Shown: positions 34,216 to 48,811 of the stretch, one piece after another
Layout of the letters: each line of letters begins with the position of its first letter
Numbering within the stretch: position 1 is the first letter of the stretch
From: Chrysomallon squamiferum
Taxonomy: Eukaryota; Animalia; Mollusca
Direction of reading: 5' to 3'
DNA length: 64,000 nucleotides
Assembly: GCA_012295275.1 (NCBI GenBank)
Contig: CM022673.1
Span: 6,262,001 to 6,326,000, forward strand
Made by a program: the position numbers and the translations under genes
Notes under the pieces: model-generated
The model's input: only the letters and a program-made list of their open reading frames with translations
Told to the model about the DNA's origin: nothing
Database searches by the model: none

Positions 34216-36228
34216 GGTGGAAGTGTGTATGTTAGCATGTGTATTTATATATGTGTGTATATGTATGTAGATATATGGGTGTATGGATGCATGAATACAT
34301 ACATATATACATGCATCTGTCTTTTTTATGAGTCCATCATTACATGAGTATACGACTCCGTTTTTTCTTTTTGTACATGTATTTGTCTGTTCGTGTACAA
34401 AGCTATCGTGGCATTTAGGTGTCAAAGTAACAACGACCGTAGTTACATTTCCTTTCAAACAGCGGCGCATCCTGACTTTGTTTTTAAAAACCTGCTAATT
34501 ATCGTAAATCTACTTTATCTTCCAACACTGAAATCTCTTCATCTTGTTCAGTGCACGGAAACGTTCTCTGCGCGCGATTCTAAACACCCAAATGACTTCG
34601 CCTCATCAAAGGACTTCCAAAGGCAAGAAGACACTTGGTTCTGTTCCTTCTGAAGACCCTTTCAAATTACCTTATAAAAATCTCGACCCGCCGGAAGACG
34701 CCAAACCTCGACATGTGATGACCAACGTTGCAGATTGCTCCCGGCGACAAAATTGCTGGCGGGTTTTTGTGTTGAAAAGTCACTTTTAACGAAATTAGAT
34801 TAACAATTAAGTGTAATAACAGGTGCATTAGCTATGATTACTGGCTTTTCGCCGGCCGTGTGTTCCATTGATGTTCGGTTTGTTTCGAGCCAGACTTAAT
34901 GCTTTTGTCGCCAAATGGATGCTTGCTTGTTTTTATGGCCGCGCGACATCACAGCTCGCCGGTTTGTTTAATGCCGGCCAGCTAAGACCAGTTGGTTAGA
35001 GGTGCTCGATACGGACCGAGAAATGGGAGGATGCTTATTTCACTGCTCTTAATGTACTTCCGCAATTAAATGTAGTCCTCAGAGGTGGAATCTCAACTAT
35101 TATCCTTCCGCTCGTGGCGAGTACAAAAAAGTAGTCCCGATAGAACAATTGGTTCCGATTTCTTTTCTTTCTTTTTTTTTCTTTTTTTTTTTTCGTTTTT
35201 TGAATTAAGGTGGAAAAAAAAAAAATCATGTTTTGTTCATTGACACAGAAGGTAAAAAATATTGTTATGTGATTTCTTTAGCTGGAAAAGTACATGCTAT
35301 AGCTGTCAGTACACTTTAGCATGTGCAAGAACGTGAAAACCCTCAGTGATTTCGCAAAGAAATATTATTATTATTTTTAATGGATCCAGTTAATTCTTTA
35401 TTAACCATGAGATTTGATTTATTTATTTATTTATTTATTGTCTCTATTTCTATTACTACTTCGATAGCAACTACTACTACTACTACTACTACAACTATTA
35501 TTATCATCTGGTGGAAGGTAAAAAAAAAAACCCGACAATATCACTCTGACAACGAATTATCAAATGACTACATGGTTAAAGCAAACTGGCATTGAGTTTA
35601 ATTTACTGCGTTCTCGATATTTCCAGTCCATCGTGGAACAATCTGCCTTTGTGTGACAGATCGCTGGATCAATTCCCCGCAGAAACTCCATTAGACCATT
35701 TCCAGTTGCAGATACCGGCCCACGGCTGATTTATCAAAACGCTGCGATAAGATGCATTCGAAAGATTTCTTGCAATCAGTCGACACACAAACACAGTCAT
35801 GGAATGTCTGCAGTCTCCTCATACGATGTAAAAACTGAAGCTAGATATTCAGAAATCATTAAAATTAAAACGTGTTAAGATGTTTTTAAACTCTTATTCA
35901 TCGACTCACTCAGGCCAAAAAAATGCTTTCCGTTTTTGTCTACGCTCGGCAAGAATTAAATCTAACGAATAGATTGTGAATGCTGTACAAGTCATCTGTC
36001 GATTAAAACAGCCAAAAAAACAACAACAACAACAGACAAACATGGCCAAGGATGCGGAAATTACAAGTACGTTTATCATGTTTCAGGGACTGAAATATTT
36101 ATTCGCTAAATAAATAATATTTCTCATTAACTTTTTTCTACCTTAAATAGAGAAGAGTGATAACGCTGGCTTGTGAATCAGATAGGTCTGTTTTTTAATT
36201 CGATATTTCGTTCTGGTTATGAAGAGAT

Positions 36229-36326
<98 letters not shown>

Positions 36327-36809
36327 TACCTTATGTATCTATCTATCTAGTTCTATTTTTATTTTTCTAATTACTGATCTGTCTGTTTGTCCTTCTCTTT
36401 CTTTTTCTATTAGTTCTTCTTGTTAATGGTTGATTTCTCCTTTTTATCTTCCTGAACTTGAATTTGTTGGTTTTATTGAACAATTACTAGAATTTCTGAT
36501 GGGAATCAAAATATGTTTTTATTATTTGCATCTTTCAATCGCGATTTTATTTCCTTTCTTTTCGTCTTTCTTTCTTCCTTTCTTTGTTCATTTTTTTAAA
36601 ATTTTAAAATTTTATTATTTATTTGTTAATTTATTTTGTTTCTTTGTTTGTTTGACTGTCTGAAATTTAGCATATACCGATAGAGACAAATATCTAAATG
36701 TTACTAATTGTACGACGAAAATATACAAAACAAAACGGAAATATTCGATGAGTTACGGAAAAAGACGAAAATTGTGAAGCATTTACGAAATCGAAGTAAA
36801 TATGAATTG

Positions 36810-36864
<55 letters not shown>

Positions 36865-37107
36865 AAAAGGAAAAGAAAAAAAGAGAAGAAAATAAAGAAA
36901 AGAAATAAGAAAAAGATAATAAAACAATAGTATCATAAGTAAAATAAAATAGTATAAATATATTCATTAATTAATTGAAAAAAAAAAGAAACGCCACAAG
37001 ATTTGTACTATCTATTACTCGAAACAAAACGTTATTTTCTACGACTAACACGAAGCAATTATCCGAGCATCTACAAAAATCGTGAAGAAAAACACCAACA
37101 GCAACAA

Positions 37108-37139
<32 letters not shown>

Positions 37140-37158
37140 CTGTAAGTAACGAAAATTC

Positions 37159-37192
<34 letters not shown>

Positions 37193-38809
37193 AAGCAACG
37201 AAAATAACCGATCGGTTACGAAAAATGACGGAAATAATAATTGGAAAGAAAAGAAGAAGAAGAAGAAGAAGAAGAAAAAAAAAGACATATATCCTAATAA
37301 AATAATTCAGCCATCAAGGATATTAGACAAGCAGTTATTGATTTTAAAACGGTTGGTTTAGGATCAAACAATATGAAAGGTGTTTGGCGGTGATAAATGG
37401 GTTTTCGAGGCGAATTAATATCGTATACGACGGAGACGTTTGCTCTTTTTTTCTAGTGGCGCGAAGTCTGGCATCGCCGAACTGTGATTAAATTACACGG
37501 TGTAATAACATTGCCTTTTTTCCCAGTGATTTTCCCTTTTCTTCGTTAACGCGTTAATTCTGCGTTGAGAATTAAATTGTTCGTCCCAACGCTCTTTATT
37601 TTCTAAAACGATTCTTGATGTAAATCTGAAGAGAATAAAAAAAAAAAAAAAAAAAAAAAAAAACCAGTAAAAAATTTAAGATGAAATTGGGAAAGCCATT
37701 ATTCATCGTAAAATTAATATAATAAATTTAATATATAATGATATGATATGGCATTTAAAAGGAAAACAATTACGTATATAAAAAAAAATTTATAATTAAA
37801 GATTTTAACTTTTTTTTTTTAAATCTGTCTGATACAGAGATTAGGCAAAAAACAAAATCGCGATTGAAACTTCAAAGATTAACTAACTAACTTACTAACC
37901 AACACTGATAATATTAATATTAACAACATTAACAACAGTTATTATAAATGTTTTCTTCATAAATATTATTTCTATAACAATAACTACTACAACTGCAGCT
38001 GCTAATATTACGACTACTACTTTAACTATTAATATTATCATTACTGCTACTATTACCACCACAACAGCTACTACTACTGCTACCATTATTATTGCTAGTA
38101 TTTCTAATACTATCACTACTACTATTATTACTACTATAATTATTAATAATATGGCTTACATATTACTTCTGCTAGTTTTATAGTCTTTTTTTTGACTTTT
38201 TCTTCTGAACATTGCATTCGGTTACACAAAACTGGTATCATATACTTTCGTTACGCCAGTTTTTTCGCGCGCAAATATTCTCTCTCTCTTTCTTTGCAGT
38301 TTAATTCATCTTCAGTTCAAACTGTCGCTGATATCTATAGCAGGCGAAAGGTTAATGTTGACTGAATCATTCTCAGAATTTAAAACACACACACATGCAT
38401 CATTCCCGAGTGATCGGTCTTCAAAATTTCAATTTAGATAAACTTTTAATATCACACATTTTTGACATTTTAAATATTTATTCTTAGGCTGGGAATTTTT
38501 GGTCTGAACAACAAAGAAAGAAAGAAAGAAAGAAAGAATGAATGAAAGAAAGAAAGAAAAAAGAACATTAATGGAAGCAAATATTAAAAAGTAACAAATT
38601 TTAATTCGAAATTAATTACTTTATTAATAAATAATTTCCAAGTGATTTCCGTGAATTATACGGTTTATCAAAAATTCATAATGAATTTGTTCAATATTAA
38701 TTAAATTTATTAATTTTTAAAATTCATTGCCCAAAAACGTGAGAATAGTTCGACGCCTGAAAATAATGTTGGTGGATAGTAAAAAAACCACAGAGGAAAG
38801 AACATATGG

Positions 38810-38920
<111 letters not shown>

Positions 38921-40407
38921 CAAGAAGGTTAAAAGGAGAGGCAAATGAGTCAAAGTTTTGGGGTTTTTTTTAAATAAAATTAAATAAAAGTCACTGTTAT
39001 TTTTGGAAAAAAAAAAAAAAAAAAAATAAAAAGTTTTACGTCATCAAAATTTGATTTGAATGTGGTGCGCATTATTAAATTGAAAATTACATTCCGTTAC
39101 TTACACGATCAATGGAACTATTTCGTATATTTGAATTGCGTCATAATTTTATCCAAAAGTTATTTCTAGAATTTTGGTTTCTTTTTTCTTTTTTCTTTTT
39201 TTTTTTCGTTCCAGTCAATAACTGAAAAAAAAAAACCCGCAGTGGAACCTATAAATACGTTTTAATTCAAGAACCAGAAAATTACCTCTCTTGTATCTTT
39301 GTGTCATTTAGTGCAGAAATATTTTCCATGTCTAAATATTCCCATTCAGCAGTAGATAAAGTAACGCTACGAAAATAACAAAATGATCTAACTATCTGCA
39401 TAATGAAAACTTGATTTTACAAATACTCAGTCAGAATTAAGATTTTTCTCTGTGACATTTTTATTACAATTACTTAAAAACAGAAATGTTTTCTCGAGCG
39501 AATTGAAATAATCTCTGCAATCGGCAAATTAACCTTGATTATAAATTGGATAAGAGCAAGAAGTGATTAAATTTAGTTATATAACAAATGAAATACAGAG
39601 ACTTAAAAAAATTTATTATTTATATATATTTATTGCCGGTATTTTTTTTTTTTTTTTTTTTTTTTATTTGTATGTGTGTTTGTGTGTGCGTCTGTATAAT
39701 ATATCTGCGCGTGACTGTCTCTTTTATGTGCTTTTATCTTTGTGCATACCTGTATTTGTGTATTATTTCAAGTGTTTATAATTGTTTGCGTAAGATGAAC
39801 GAAGTAAATTATATTTAAAGAAACAGACAGATGAAATTATGCAAACAGTTGCCGTCTTTTGAACAATTGATTATTCTGAATACGTGTAATACAAGCCCTT
39901 TTTCATCTCCTGCTCTTTTTTTTTTTTTTTTTTTTAAATATAAATTTTGTTTCATCGCTTTCGTTAAAGTGAAATCAAATGTTAATTTCCAAACAGAAGT
40001 ATGTTTCATTGTCTAATGTCGATATTACGTGATGCGGTAATCGACATTTCTGCATAATTTTTATTCATAATGACAGCATTTGTATGTTTCCTGTGTGTCA
40101 TTAGTAATTGATTTCGAAATATCTGTCTTTGACACTGATGTGTATTATTTGTAATATGTCGACTGCAGATAGCCCACGTAATGAGTAATAAATTGATTTG
40201 ATTTGATTTTCTAATTATTTGTTTTCACCGCTGAAAAACAATTATAGATTTAATTCATTCATATGGTCTAAAGATGTGTTATGAATTATTCTTGTTAACA
40301 ACCTGAAACAGGACAATAAGAGCATAAATAATAAACATCATTTCCTTTTTAATGTATTTATTCTCTCTCTTTTTTTCTCTGTTTCCCTTTGTGTTTGTTT
40401 TTATATA

Positions 40408-40443
<36 letters not shown>

Positions 40444-40530
40444 TATACACACATATATTATGTATGCATGTATATATATGTATGTATGTATATTTATATC
40501 TTTCTATCTATCTATCTATCTATCTATATC

Positions 40531-40573
<43 letters not shown>

Positions 40574-40576
40574 TTA

Positions 40577-40611
<35 letters not shown>

Positions 40612-40716
40612 ATAACGTATTTTGTTTCAACGATCGCTGGGACTTACGACCAGTTCTTCGACTAGTCGGAACTGTACGACAACTTTGGTCGTGCAAACGG
40701 CAACGCGGCGTTTCAG

Positions 40717-41177
40717 CGTCAAACATCTCATTACACGTCAAACATCTCATTACACGTCAAACATCTCATTACACGTCAAACATCTCATTTCACGTCAAAC
40801 ATCTCATTACACGTCAAACATCTCATTTCACGTCAAACATCTCATTACACGTCAAACATCTCATTACACGTCAAACATCTCATTAAACGTCAAACATCTC
40901 ATTACACGTCAAACATCTCATTTCACGTCAAACATCTCATTACACGTCAAACATCTCATTTCACGTCAAACATCTCATTTCACGTCAAACATCTCATTAC
41001 ACGTCAAACATCTCATTTCACGTCAAACATCTCATTAAACGTCAAACATCTCATTTCACGTCAAACATCTCATTTCACGTCAAACATCTCATTTCACGTC
41101 AAACATCTCATTACACGTCAAACACCTCATTACACGTCAAACATCTCATTTCACGTCAAACATCTCATTACACGTCA
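40717..41177. repeat. 19-bp minisatellite, about 24 copies (CGTCAAACATCTCATTWCA)
   Basis: Near-perfect tandem array; units differ mainly at TTAC/TTTC/TTAA. Confidence 0.98.
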
Positions 41178-42445
41178 CACTTTCTTAGTCTCAGTCTTGT
41201 TCCCCAGTATTCACTGCACTGGTCTTCGCAATCTCCGTAAATTTCCACTTTACTGTGCGCCTCATTGTACAAGATATTACAATTTAATAGTCTGTAATAT
41301 GTCAGAGATATGCAGTTTATAACATTATCAAGTTGCAGTTTCATTTAGACTTTTTCTTTACTGACAGTAAATTAAAACGGTTACCTGTATTTTCAGTGTC
41401 CAAACTTAGGTATTGTGTATTTGAGCTGATTTCCTCTATTCTGTTTATTATAGAATACAATGCAGTACTGTTTAAACATTTGAAATATTCTAAGATGTTA
41501 TAAATGGCGCAAAGATGATATTAAAATTATACGTAAAGTTGGTGAACACAAACTCACTGAAATAACGACCAGTTCGCTTAGAAAATGAACTCAATCGTTA
41601 CGTGTGAAATGCCGCTATGTCTGCATATGTTTGTAGGTGTGTATGTTTAGGTGTGTCTGTGTGTGTGTGTGTGTGTGTGTATGTGTGTGTGTGTGTGTGT
41701 GTGGGTGGGTGGGTGTGGGTGAGCGCGTATTCACCCAGAACACATATTTATTTTTGTTTTATTCTCGTTTTATCTTTCCTTTATTTTATTTTCACAGCTG
41801 AGAAAGGTCGCTACTCTATTACTAGTTTAATATTCTTTAACTTCCGTGATTTTGTTGTTTGTCTTTTCATCTTTTAAAAAAAAAAAAATAATAAAAAAAA
41901 AAAAAAATTGTTTTGCTTGTTTCTGCTTTTATTAACTTTTTTCTTTTCTTTCTCATTTTTCATCCATGTAAAACGACCCATTAAAACTCCATATACGAAG
42001 TCACTGGCAGTCAATTACTGAGCGCTTGCACATCCGCAGTCTATTTGATGTTATAATTGCACGTTTTCATTAACCCAAAATAAATTCCTTTCACCCAGGA
42101 CTAATCAACGCGTTTTTTAGGAATCAAAGCAATGCACGTGCATACGGCCGCTTATTGTCGTGTTCGTTCCGCACGAGCAAACATCTACACACCTCAAAAG
42201 CAAACACGAGTGTCTTGTAAATGACGGCGGTGTTTCAGGAATCGTAAATCAATTTCTCTCTGAAGTTCTGCATTCGCGTCGATCATTTTTTGTCTTCTGT
42301 ATTTTACGTCGACTGTTTGTTTTGTCCAACCTGTGTCTATCACGGAAACAGGTAAGCTGAGGTTATATATATATATATATATTTTTTTTTTTTTACTTAA
42401 TTCTTTTGTTTCTTTTATTATATTTTTCCCTTTCGCTCTCCTTCT

Positions 42446-42476
<31 letters not shown>

Positions 42477-42748
42477 CATTTTTGATTTTATTTCTTTTGA
42501 TAAAAAATAAAACGTGTTAACTCTAACATCCTCTTCTTAAAAAAAAAAAAAAAAAAAAAAAAATGAAATATCCAAATTAGCGTGTTGTTGTTGTGATATT
42601 CTGGTGTTGGTAGATGTGGTAGATGCAGCAGAAACAGTAGTAGCAGTAGTAGTAGTAGTAGTAGTAGTTGTATTGTAGTAGTAGTAGTATAGTAGTAGTA
42701 GTATTAGTTGTAGTAGTATTTGTAGTAGTAGTAGTAGTAATTATTATT

Positions 42749-42782
<34 letters not shown>

Positions 42783-43427
42783 TTTTATTTTATTTTTTTT
42801 TAAATTATTTTTCACATATAACTTCAGGAACAAATTTATAAAATAATTAAGCATTTGCTTATTTACATAACTATAACAATAACAATAATATTTAGAACAA
42901 CAACAGCAGAATAAAAAAATAATAATAAAAAAAATATATACATATAATAATAATCGTAAGATGCGTATAATGGTTATTAGACAATTAAGTGTATTTCATT
43001 CATTCATTCATTCAAGGTATTATATTTGCTATAACACTTGCACTTACCTACAACACGCAAAACCATTAAAAATAAACGATTTATATAATTATATGTTTAC
43101 ATTCTTCTTTGCTGCAAAATGTGTCACAGGACTCCATGCTTGTCAGAACTGTATATGTACTTTCAAAACAATTAAGTTTTTCATTTTTTTTTTTTTAAAG
43201 TGATTTTAAGATTTCATTGATCAAACTCTGTGATGTATTGATTTCATACAGAGCCAAAATACTTGACAGAACAAATGACGACTTCCGAAATTATTTAGTT
43301 ACACAAGTATTAGATAAATCCTATCACAAATAAAAATAGTATTTGAGAAGGATTTCGACCTGAAAAATAAAAATAAAAATAAATCGAATAATTTATTTCT
43401 GACATTATCATTTTGAGAGCAGTCAGT

Positions 43428-43528
<101 letters not shown>

Positions 43529-43654
43529 TGCAATGATTCAAAAGTACATCAGCGACTATGTATCATTTCATCAATTTCATGAAGTCCAAAAATGTGATCT
43601 ACAGTGAGTTGATCCATCCAACTCCAATCAGCCAAGGATAACGGGATCTACCAG

Positions 43655-43687
<33 letters not shown>

Positions 43688-44439
43688 AAAACCAATAAAA
43701 AATGTTTTAAAAAATTCACTCCGGGCAGAAATTAATTGCAGTAAACGTCTCGCCTTAAGATAACGCACTTAAATCAGGCGAGGAAGAAATCTATACATTA
43801 ATTACTCCCAACATCAGATTAATGCCACATATTAAATGTTGCAAGTGTTCGACAAACAATCGCTTAAACATCGAACAATGCGCCTACCCGCCATCTTGCG
43901 TTTATGGGACGTCTTTGACGTTAATTAAAACAGAGAAGAAAATTTGACGGCCGCTATCATTTAATAATTCCGCGTCGATTTTCTTGCTTTTTTATTAAAG
44001 CTTCTATTGCGGAATTCGTGAATATTAACTTTTATGCACTAGCCAGCTGGGTTTCGTTTTTGTGCTGTTTGCGAAAACAGAAATAAAATTAGCGGGACTG
44101 CAAATCATAAAACCGCAGCGAAGAGAATGGAACTGATATAAAAAGCGATTTTCGAACTGTCGCTGTCACACATTTATTCATTTCTGACTGGCGTCCGAGG
44201 AATCGCGAGATCGATACTGGTTCGTGACCTTTCAGATATTTATGAGAGAGATTTATAAACAGCGATTATTTTCTTTGACTTCAGTTTTAAACGTAGAAAG
44301 AAATCGTAGAATTTGAACTTCTGACAGTTTTGACAAAGATATTCTTCTTCTTAATGTTCTTATTATTGCTATCATCGTTATTGTTATTGTTATTATTATG
44401 TTGATGCTGTGCCTATTAAAATACTATAGTATTCCTATG

Positions 44440-44678
44440 GTTGTAGTTGTAGTAGTAGTAGGACAAGTAATATTAGAAATAGTAGTAGTTGTGGTGGCGG
44501 TATTAGTGATGGTAGTAATACTAGTAGCATTAGTAGTAGTAATAGTAGTAATAAAAGTAGTAGTAGCAGTAATAGTAGTAGTAGTAGTAGTAATAGTGGT
44601 AGTAGTAGCAGTAATAGTAGCAGTAGTAGTAGTAGTAATAGTAGTAGTAATAGTAGTAGTAGTAGCAGTAATAGTAGT

Positions 44679-44743
<65 letters not shown>

Positions 44744-44745
44744 AC
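44440..44745. repeat. (TAG)n-rich compound trinucleotide tract. Similar tracts at about 4900-5270, 42630, 47340-47710 and 56280-56500
   Basis: Read directly from the sequence. Confidence 0.92.
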
Positions 44746-44859
44746 AGCAGCATTACTAGTGTAATGGAATAATAAAAATAACACTACAAAGATAAAACTA
44801 TCAAAGAAATTCGACTAATTGATTTCGTTTGCAAAACGTCATTAAATATATCGAGAAGA

Positions 44860-45190
44860 AAGCCAAAATTCATCACGTCTTCAACGGTGACGTCGCAGCT
44901 GGTCATTTCCTCCGAATTAACTTTCTCTTAATTACTGGTCAAAGAATCGATAGCGTCATGGCGTCCTTTCTCAGCCTTCCCGGCATGCAACGTTCGTGAC
45001 TTCCGGTCACCGGCATCACACGATTAAGCATCCCAGGTAATACTCAACAACATGTCCGACGACAAGTAAATTGAGTCACGTGATTTATGACTTCGCTCGG
45101 CTCCTCATATCCACGTAAATCTAACGCATCTTGACAGCGGCCATATTGGACAAAGTCGGTGTAATCGAAACTTGTCGACAGTGAGTGGTC
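44860..45190. promoter_or_regulatory. CpG-rich promoter-like island
   Basis: Clustered TTCCCGGCATGCA (ZNF143/Staf-like), ACTTCCGG (ETS), GTCACGTGA (E-box) and GCGGCCATATT (YY1-like) motifs. Confidence 0.4.
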
Positions 45191-45204
45191 AGTCTATACC
45201 TTCC

Positions 45205-45287
<83 letters not shown>

Positions 45288-46036
45288 ACAAGATAGTTTT
45301 ATTTATTTTACCATTGTATGATATATGAATGTATATCTCTCTTCTCTTTGTTACCTCTGTCTCTTTTTCTCTATTTACATGGATGTATGAGAGAGAGAGA
45401 GAGAGACAGAGTGAGTGAGTGAGTGAGTGAGTCTAGGTATGCAACAGATACAAGATGTTTTCGAAATATATTGATGATTTTCGATATTACATAATTACAT
45501 CTATTTTCAAACTAAATTACACAGAGTAATACTATAGTAGGGGGCCCATATAATAGCTGAAACATTAGCTTTTCATTATTATAACATTTAGCTTTTTTGC
45601 ATTTCGAAAAACCCATAATCACTGAAAAACATGTAATCTATTCCATCCCAGTTCTTTCTCTAAGGTTCCTGAGTAGACAAAAAAAAAAGTCCCAAAGTTA
45701 TGTATTTTAAATTATGTATCAGTTTACTCATTCATGCATCACATAAAAACGTAAAATACAGATAAAAATATATCTGATAAATATTTAATATTTAAATAAA
45801 TGTCAAGTTTTATTTGTGAAAAAAGTAAATAAAATGTACCAGACAAGGACGAATTGGTTTCAACGCCTTCCATGGTTAAGACTAATGCTTAAACTATTTC
45901 TGAAATTATAAAACATAATTTTTGGTAAATGTTAGCTTATGTACGGCCGATCTGTAGATAATGGATTGTTAATACTGAAGTCTATGAAAGGAAATCTGAT
46001 CTGTTGATGAATATTTAATTGTCTGTGTTAATGCGC

Positions 46037-46101
<65 letters not shown>

Positions 46102-46125
46102 TTAAAATGTCTATCTCTGTTCATT

Positions 46126-46250
<125 letters not shown>

Positions 46251-46251
46251 C

Positions 46252-46343
46252 GGTTATGTGGTATCAGCGATTCTTTCTAATGTCAGATTAGAACTGAAAC
46301 TTCTATCGTCAATATGTTTTGTTTGTAAATAACAACAACAATA
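46252..46343 (+). repeat. Dispersed repeat of about 87 bp, copy 1 (copy 2 at 53255-53341)
   Basis: Identical to copy 2 apart from a 5-nt insertion (TTAGA). Both copies follow (TG)n..(AG)n and precede (AAC/AAT)n. Confidence 0.93.
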
Positions 46344-47755
46344 CTAGCAATAATAATAATAATAATCAGAAGAAGAAGAAGAAGAAGAAAAAGAAAATTC
46401 AGGAAACATCACTGATCGATAAAATAACATCTTCAAAGAGAAAACTAAACACATCACTATTTTTGATCCACATTCTTACGCAAATAATATCAAAAATATT
46501 TTCTGATTAAACACCTTCCCTAATTATTCAAAAGAAAATATTATTTTAACTTCAGACGACGTCTGATGTGTGTCATCTCGAAAAAGCAAGGGTCATTTAT
46601 TTTTATTGTTTTTGATTCAGAATTAAACGTAACAGCAAACCAGACCACCAACGCGTTTAGAATTCACGACAACATTTCGTGGGAAATCTTCAATATTTTC
46701 ATAACCACTCTCGATAAATGTTATGGAAACGGGAGCGAACGGCATTGCGTGGGTGAACCGAAGTGATTAAACTATTTCCTGACTTCTTACAAAAGATTTC
46801 TCTCTCGCCGAGTTCTGTCCCGAATCATCATCCCACCAACAAATTCCTATATTAGACTGCAGCACATTCATACAGAAATAATTCCCCCTTTTTTTTCGCT
46901 TAAGTCAACATATTCGTAACGTACACACGGAAATCGGTGGCTTTCGCCTTATTGATGGCCATTTGTTTGTCGGCGTAACAAACGTCTGAGAACGGGTGTT
47001 ATCGTAAGTGTAAGGATATGAAGAACGTGACGGTGTGCCAGTCGATCAAACAGACTGACGCCGAAATTTATGGCGCATTTATTTTCCTTCCATACGATTT
47101 AACGATGACTTGGGCTGTTGTCAAAACTTATACCGACGTGAGATAATTATTCTTTGTTATATTTTTGTTAGACCCTGTAATTCCGAGATTATCTTAGAGG
47201 TCCAAGAGTGAGACGACAGCCCGTGTTTATAAATATTCATTAGCAAAAAGAGAGAAATGCGATGTCATAGAGAAACGAAAAGTAAGAGAGAGAGAATGAA
47301 AGAGAAAAACAGAGAAGAAAAGTAGAGAAATAACTGCAATAAATAATTATCGATAGCAGCAATAGTAGTAGTAATAGTGTTTGTAATAATAACAGTAAGG
47401 TAGTAATAGTAGTAGTAGTAATAGGAACAGTAGCAGTAGAAGAAGTAGTAATAGTTATAGTAGTAGTCGTTGTTATAGTTGTAGTTCTAATTGTAGTAGC
47501 AGTAGCGCTAGTACTTGTAGTAACAGTGGTAATACTAGTAACAGTAGCAGTAGAAATAGTACTAGTAGCAGTAATACTAGTAACGATAGTGATTGTAGTA
47601 GTAGTAGTCGTCGTGGCTGCTGTTGTTATTATTACTGTATTTCTAGTTGTAAAATATATAGTAGTAGCAGCAATGTTAATAACATCAAAATATATAGTAG
47701 TAGCAGCAATGTTCTCTCTCAATAACATCAGTAGTAATATAATCTTTATCATAAA

Positions 47756-47795
<40 letters not shown>

Positions 47796-48776
47796 GCACA
47801 GAACAAAAGCAGACTGTCTTGCTGAAGAAAATACGAGCAAATGACATTGCCAAAAAAAAAAAATGTTTACTGGACAATAATTATGACCGTAAAAAAATCT
47901 TTTGGATGTCAGTGATAGTTGTAGATAAATCTTTGCCCAAGATCTCATCACAGACTTAAAGGACGTTAATTGAGGACAGCACGAAAATAAATGCGAGCAA
48001 CGTGCAAAAGGTCTTGTATATAAAAAAACCCAAACACTGACAGATATTAAGAATTAGAGAACGGATACCATACGTAATGGAAAATAATTTTACATCAATT
48101 TTGTTTTGGATTTTTTTCTTTATGTAACACGGCAGAAAATGGAAGTGTACTTTTTCTTTAGTTATCTGGCAAATAAACACCTTTTAGCATTTACACATAA
48201 ACTAATGTCAGAGTTGAGGATTAAGTAGAACAACAACATCAGCAATAATAATAATAAAACAACAACCACATCAGCAATAATAATAACAACAACAACAGCA
48301 GCAATAATAATAATAACAACAACAACGACAACGACAACAACAGCAATAATAATATTAATAATAATTGCAACACGAACAGTTTAAAAAAAAAGAAGAAGAA
48401 GAAAAAGAAGAAGACGGGAAAAAAAAAATAAATTAAATTACAATTTACACAAAAACGAAGAAGCACGAAATGTCAACTCCATTGCGCGCTGGGTACAAGC
48501 TAAGATATTTTTGAGTATCCGTCCCTCCGTACATATCGTCTTTGTAAATACACCAATGGTTCAATTTATCAGTCTCAGTTGCAGACCCATTTTATTCTTT
48601 TTTGTTGTTAATGAGAGAGTTTGCCCACAACTGACCCGGATATGACGTCAGAACGTTATCCTGTTTTTTTTTCTTCAGAAAAAAGGTAATTGGGAAACTT
48701 AGAATTTTGAGATTTATTTAAAGAACGGTTTTATTTACACTGTAAATGATTTTTTTTTATTTCTATCTCTCTCTTA

Positions 48777-48811
<35 letters not shown>

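Noticed and set aside
40389-41038. ORFs with repeating HVKHLITRQTSHYTSNISL
   Set aside because: These are translations of the 19-bp minisatellite. It is not a CRISPR array either, as there are no spacers and the DNA is eukaryotic.
45615-45900. Two minus-strand exon-like pieces that could splice to MEGVETNSSLSGTLEKELGWNRLHVFQ*
   Set aside because: The product is only 27 aa, the donor (GTACAT) is weak and there is no family support. The slight similarity to the lectin exon 3 flanks is too short to call a paralog.
47171-47200. Partial resemblance to miR-10 (and to miR-124 at about 60090)
   Set aside because: There are several mismatches to the mature sequences and no convincing precursor hairpin.
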